Shown in pieces: positions 62,805 to 64,000 of a stretch of 64,000 bases of DNA (position 1 is the stretch's first letter; the number at the start of each line of letters is the position of its first letter). A program made the position numbers and the translations under genes. The DNA comes from Stegostoma tigrinum (taxonomy: Eukaryota), in contig NC_081370.1 in assembly GCF_030684315.1 (NCBI RefSeq), forward strand, positions 34,242,728-34,306,727, given 5' to 3'. The notes below the pieces were generated by a model, which ran no database searches, was not told the origin of the DNA, and was given only the letters and a program-made list of their open reading frames with translations.

Positions 62805-63227
62805 TTCCATGTATAATTAGTGATATCAAGACACCGTTTGAAATCAGAGATGGTGTGGAAAGCCGTCTGAATTGGAAAGTTGCTGTAGTCAGCCCAGGAG
62901 TGGTGACTATTGTTACATCGATCAAAAGGAAGCACGAAAAGGATGAAAAGAAATTATTTCACTGGCAATCTAAAGCGCCACAGTCAGGACCAAGGAGAGT
63001 AACTTTTCCCCTCAAAAGTCTATCAGGCTCATGTGAGAAAGATGATTCCTTCTGTGCAGAAGAGCCAGAATTACACCGCAGTTCTGACGGGACGTTCTTC
63101 ATTCCCTGCACAATTACAATGCATCCCAATGTATCCAAGGATGATGGTGCTGTGGTAACGATCAAAGTTGAACAGGATTCTATAGAGGAAACCTTGACTA
63201 AAAGCACGGTACTAAAAGTCACAGCAG
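62805..63227 (+). CDS. IgSF gene exon 6, post-TM C1-like Ig domain without canonical Cys; the gene continues beyond the window
   Basis: VPCIISDIKTP...SDGTF...HPNVSKDDGAVVTIKVEQ...LKVTA; TAG/GTAATT; 423 nt phase 1-1. Confidence 0.8.
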
Positions 63228-63454
63228 GTAATTTTGTACATTCCAAAAATATTTGTACACATGATGGTAAAAATGTGCTGCTAGATACTCTTGATACCAG
63301 CATAAAATGCTCTTAGAAGATGTTGTTTTCTATACCTACTGTGGGTAAATATGTTGACTCTTGTATGGATTTGAGGCATGGACTTGCACTGGATACAGGG
63401 TTTAAGTGAGAATGATTTGTGTTTTTAATCAGAACCATTCCATTTAACTGAAGA

Positions 63455-64000
63455 GAGATAATGGGAACTGCAGATGCTGGAGATCCAAGATAACAAAGTG
63501 TGAAGCTGGATGAACACAGCAGGCCAAGCAGCATCTCAGGAGCACAAAAGCTGACGTTTCGGGCCTAGACCCTTCATCAGAGAGGGTTCTGGAATAAATA
63601 GGGAGAGAGAGGGAGGCAGACCGAAGATGGAGAGAAAAGAAGATAGGTGGAGAGAGTATAGGTGGGGAGGTAGGGAGGGGATAGGTCAGTCCAGGGAGAT
63701 CGGACAGGTCAAGGAGGCGGGATGAGGTTAGTAGGTGGGAAATGGAGGTGTGGCTTGAGGTGGGTGGAGGGGATAGGTGAGAGGAAGAACAGGTTAGGGA
63801 GGTGGGAATAGCTGGGCTGGTTTTGAGATGCATTGGGGGGAAGGGACGAGCTGGGCTGGTTTTGGGATGCAGTGGGGGAAGGGGAGATTTTGAAGCTTGT
63901 GAAGTCCACATTGATACCATTGGGCTGCAGGGTTCCCAAGCGGAATATGAGTTGCTGTTCCTGTAACCTTCGGGTGGCATCATTGTGGCACTGCAGGAGG
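63455..64000 (-). mobile_element. Penelope-like element 3' part and pLTR, running off the window end
   Basis: Same family as 51579-52876; intact hammerhead core. Confidence 0.9.

Overview
Eukaryotic (vertebrate) genomic DNA, almost certainly a shark: it carries HE1 and SacSINE1-like SINEs, CR1 LINEs and many Penelope-like elements. (1) 1-~31,850: a hierarchical tandem array (6.25-6.37 kb units x2.3, then 2.72 kb units x~3.85, then older diverged copies) that is not a plain satellite. It is built from an intron-exon cassette carrying a 78/81-nt phase 1-1 micro-exon for a ~26-27 aa acidic, S/T/Q/N-rich peptide. I count nine apparently intact exons, five decayed full-length copies, three half-exons and a candidate terminal exon (GNDSS*) at 31,838, i.e. 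the 3' end of a + strand gene that starts upstream of the window. (2) ~34.0-40.0 kb: a minus-strand, pol-less LTR/ERV remnant with a tRNA-Asn-type PBS, PPT, a Gag zinc-knuckle relic and a duplicated F-type env relic. (3) 41,092-63,227+: six phase-consistent exons of a B7-H6/NCR3LG1- or tapasin-like IgSF type I membrane gene (signal peptide, V, C1, TM, short acidic linker, then a second Ig-like domain after the TM that lacks the canonical cysteines), with an ISRE/IRF element just upstream. Its introns are packed with nested CR1, Penelope, Rex1-like, SINE and Harbinger relics. All calls were made by eye; no database searches were run.
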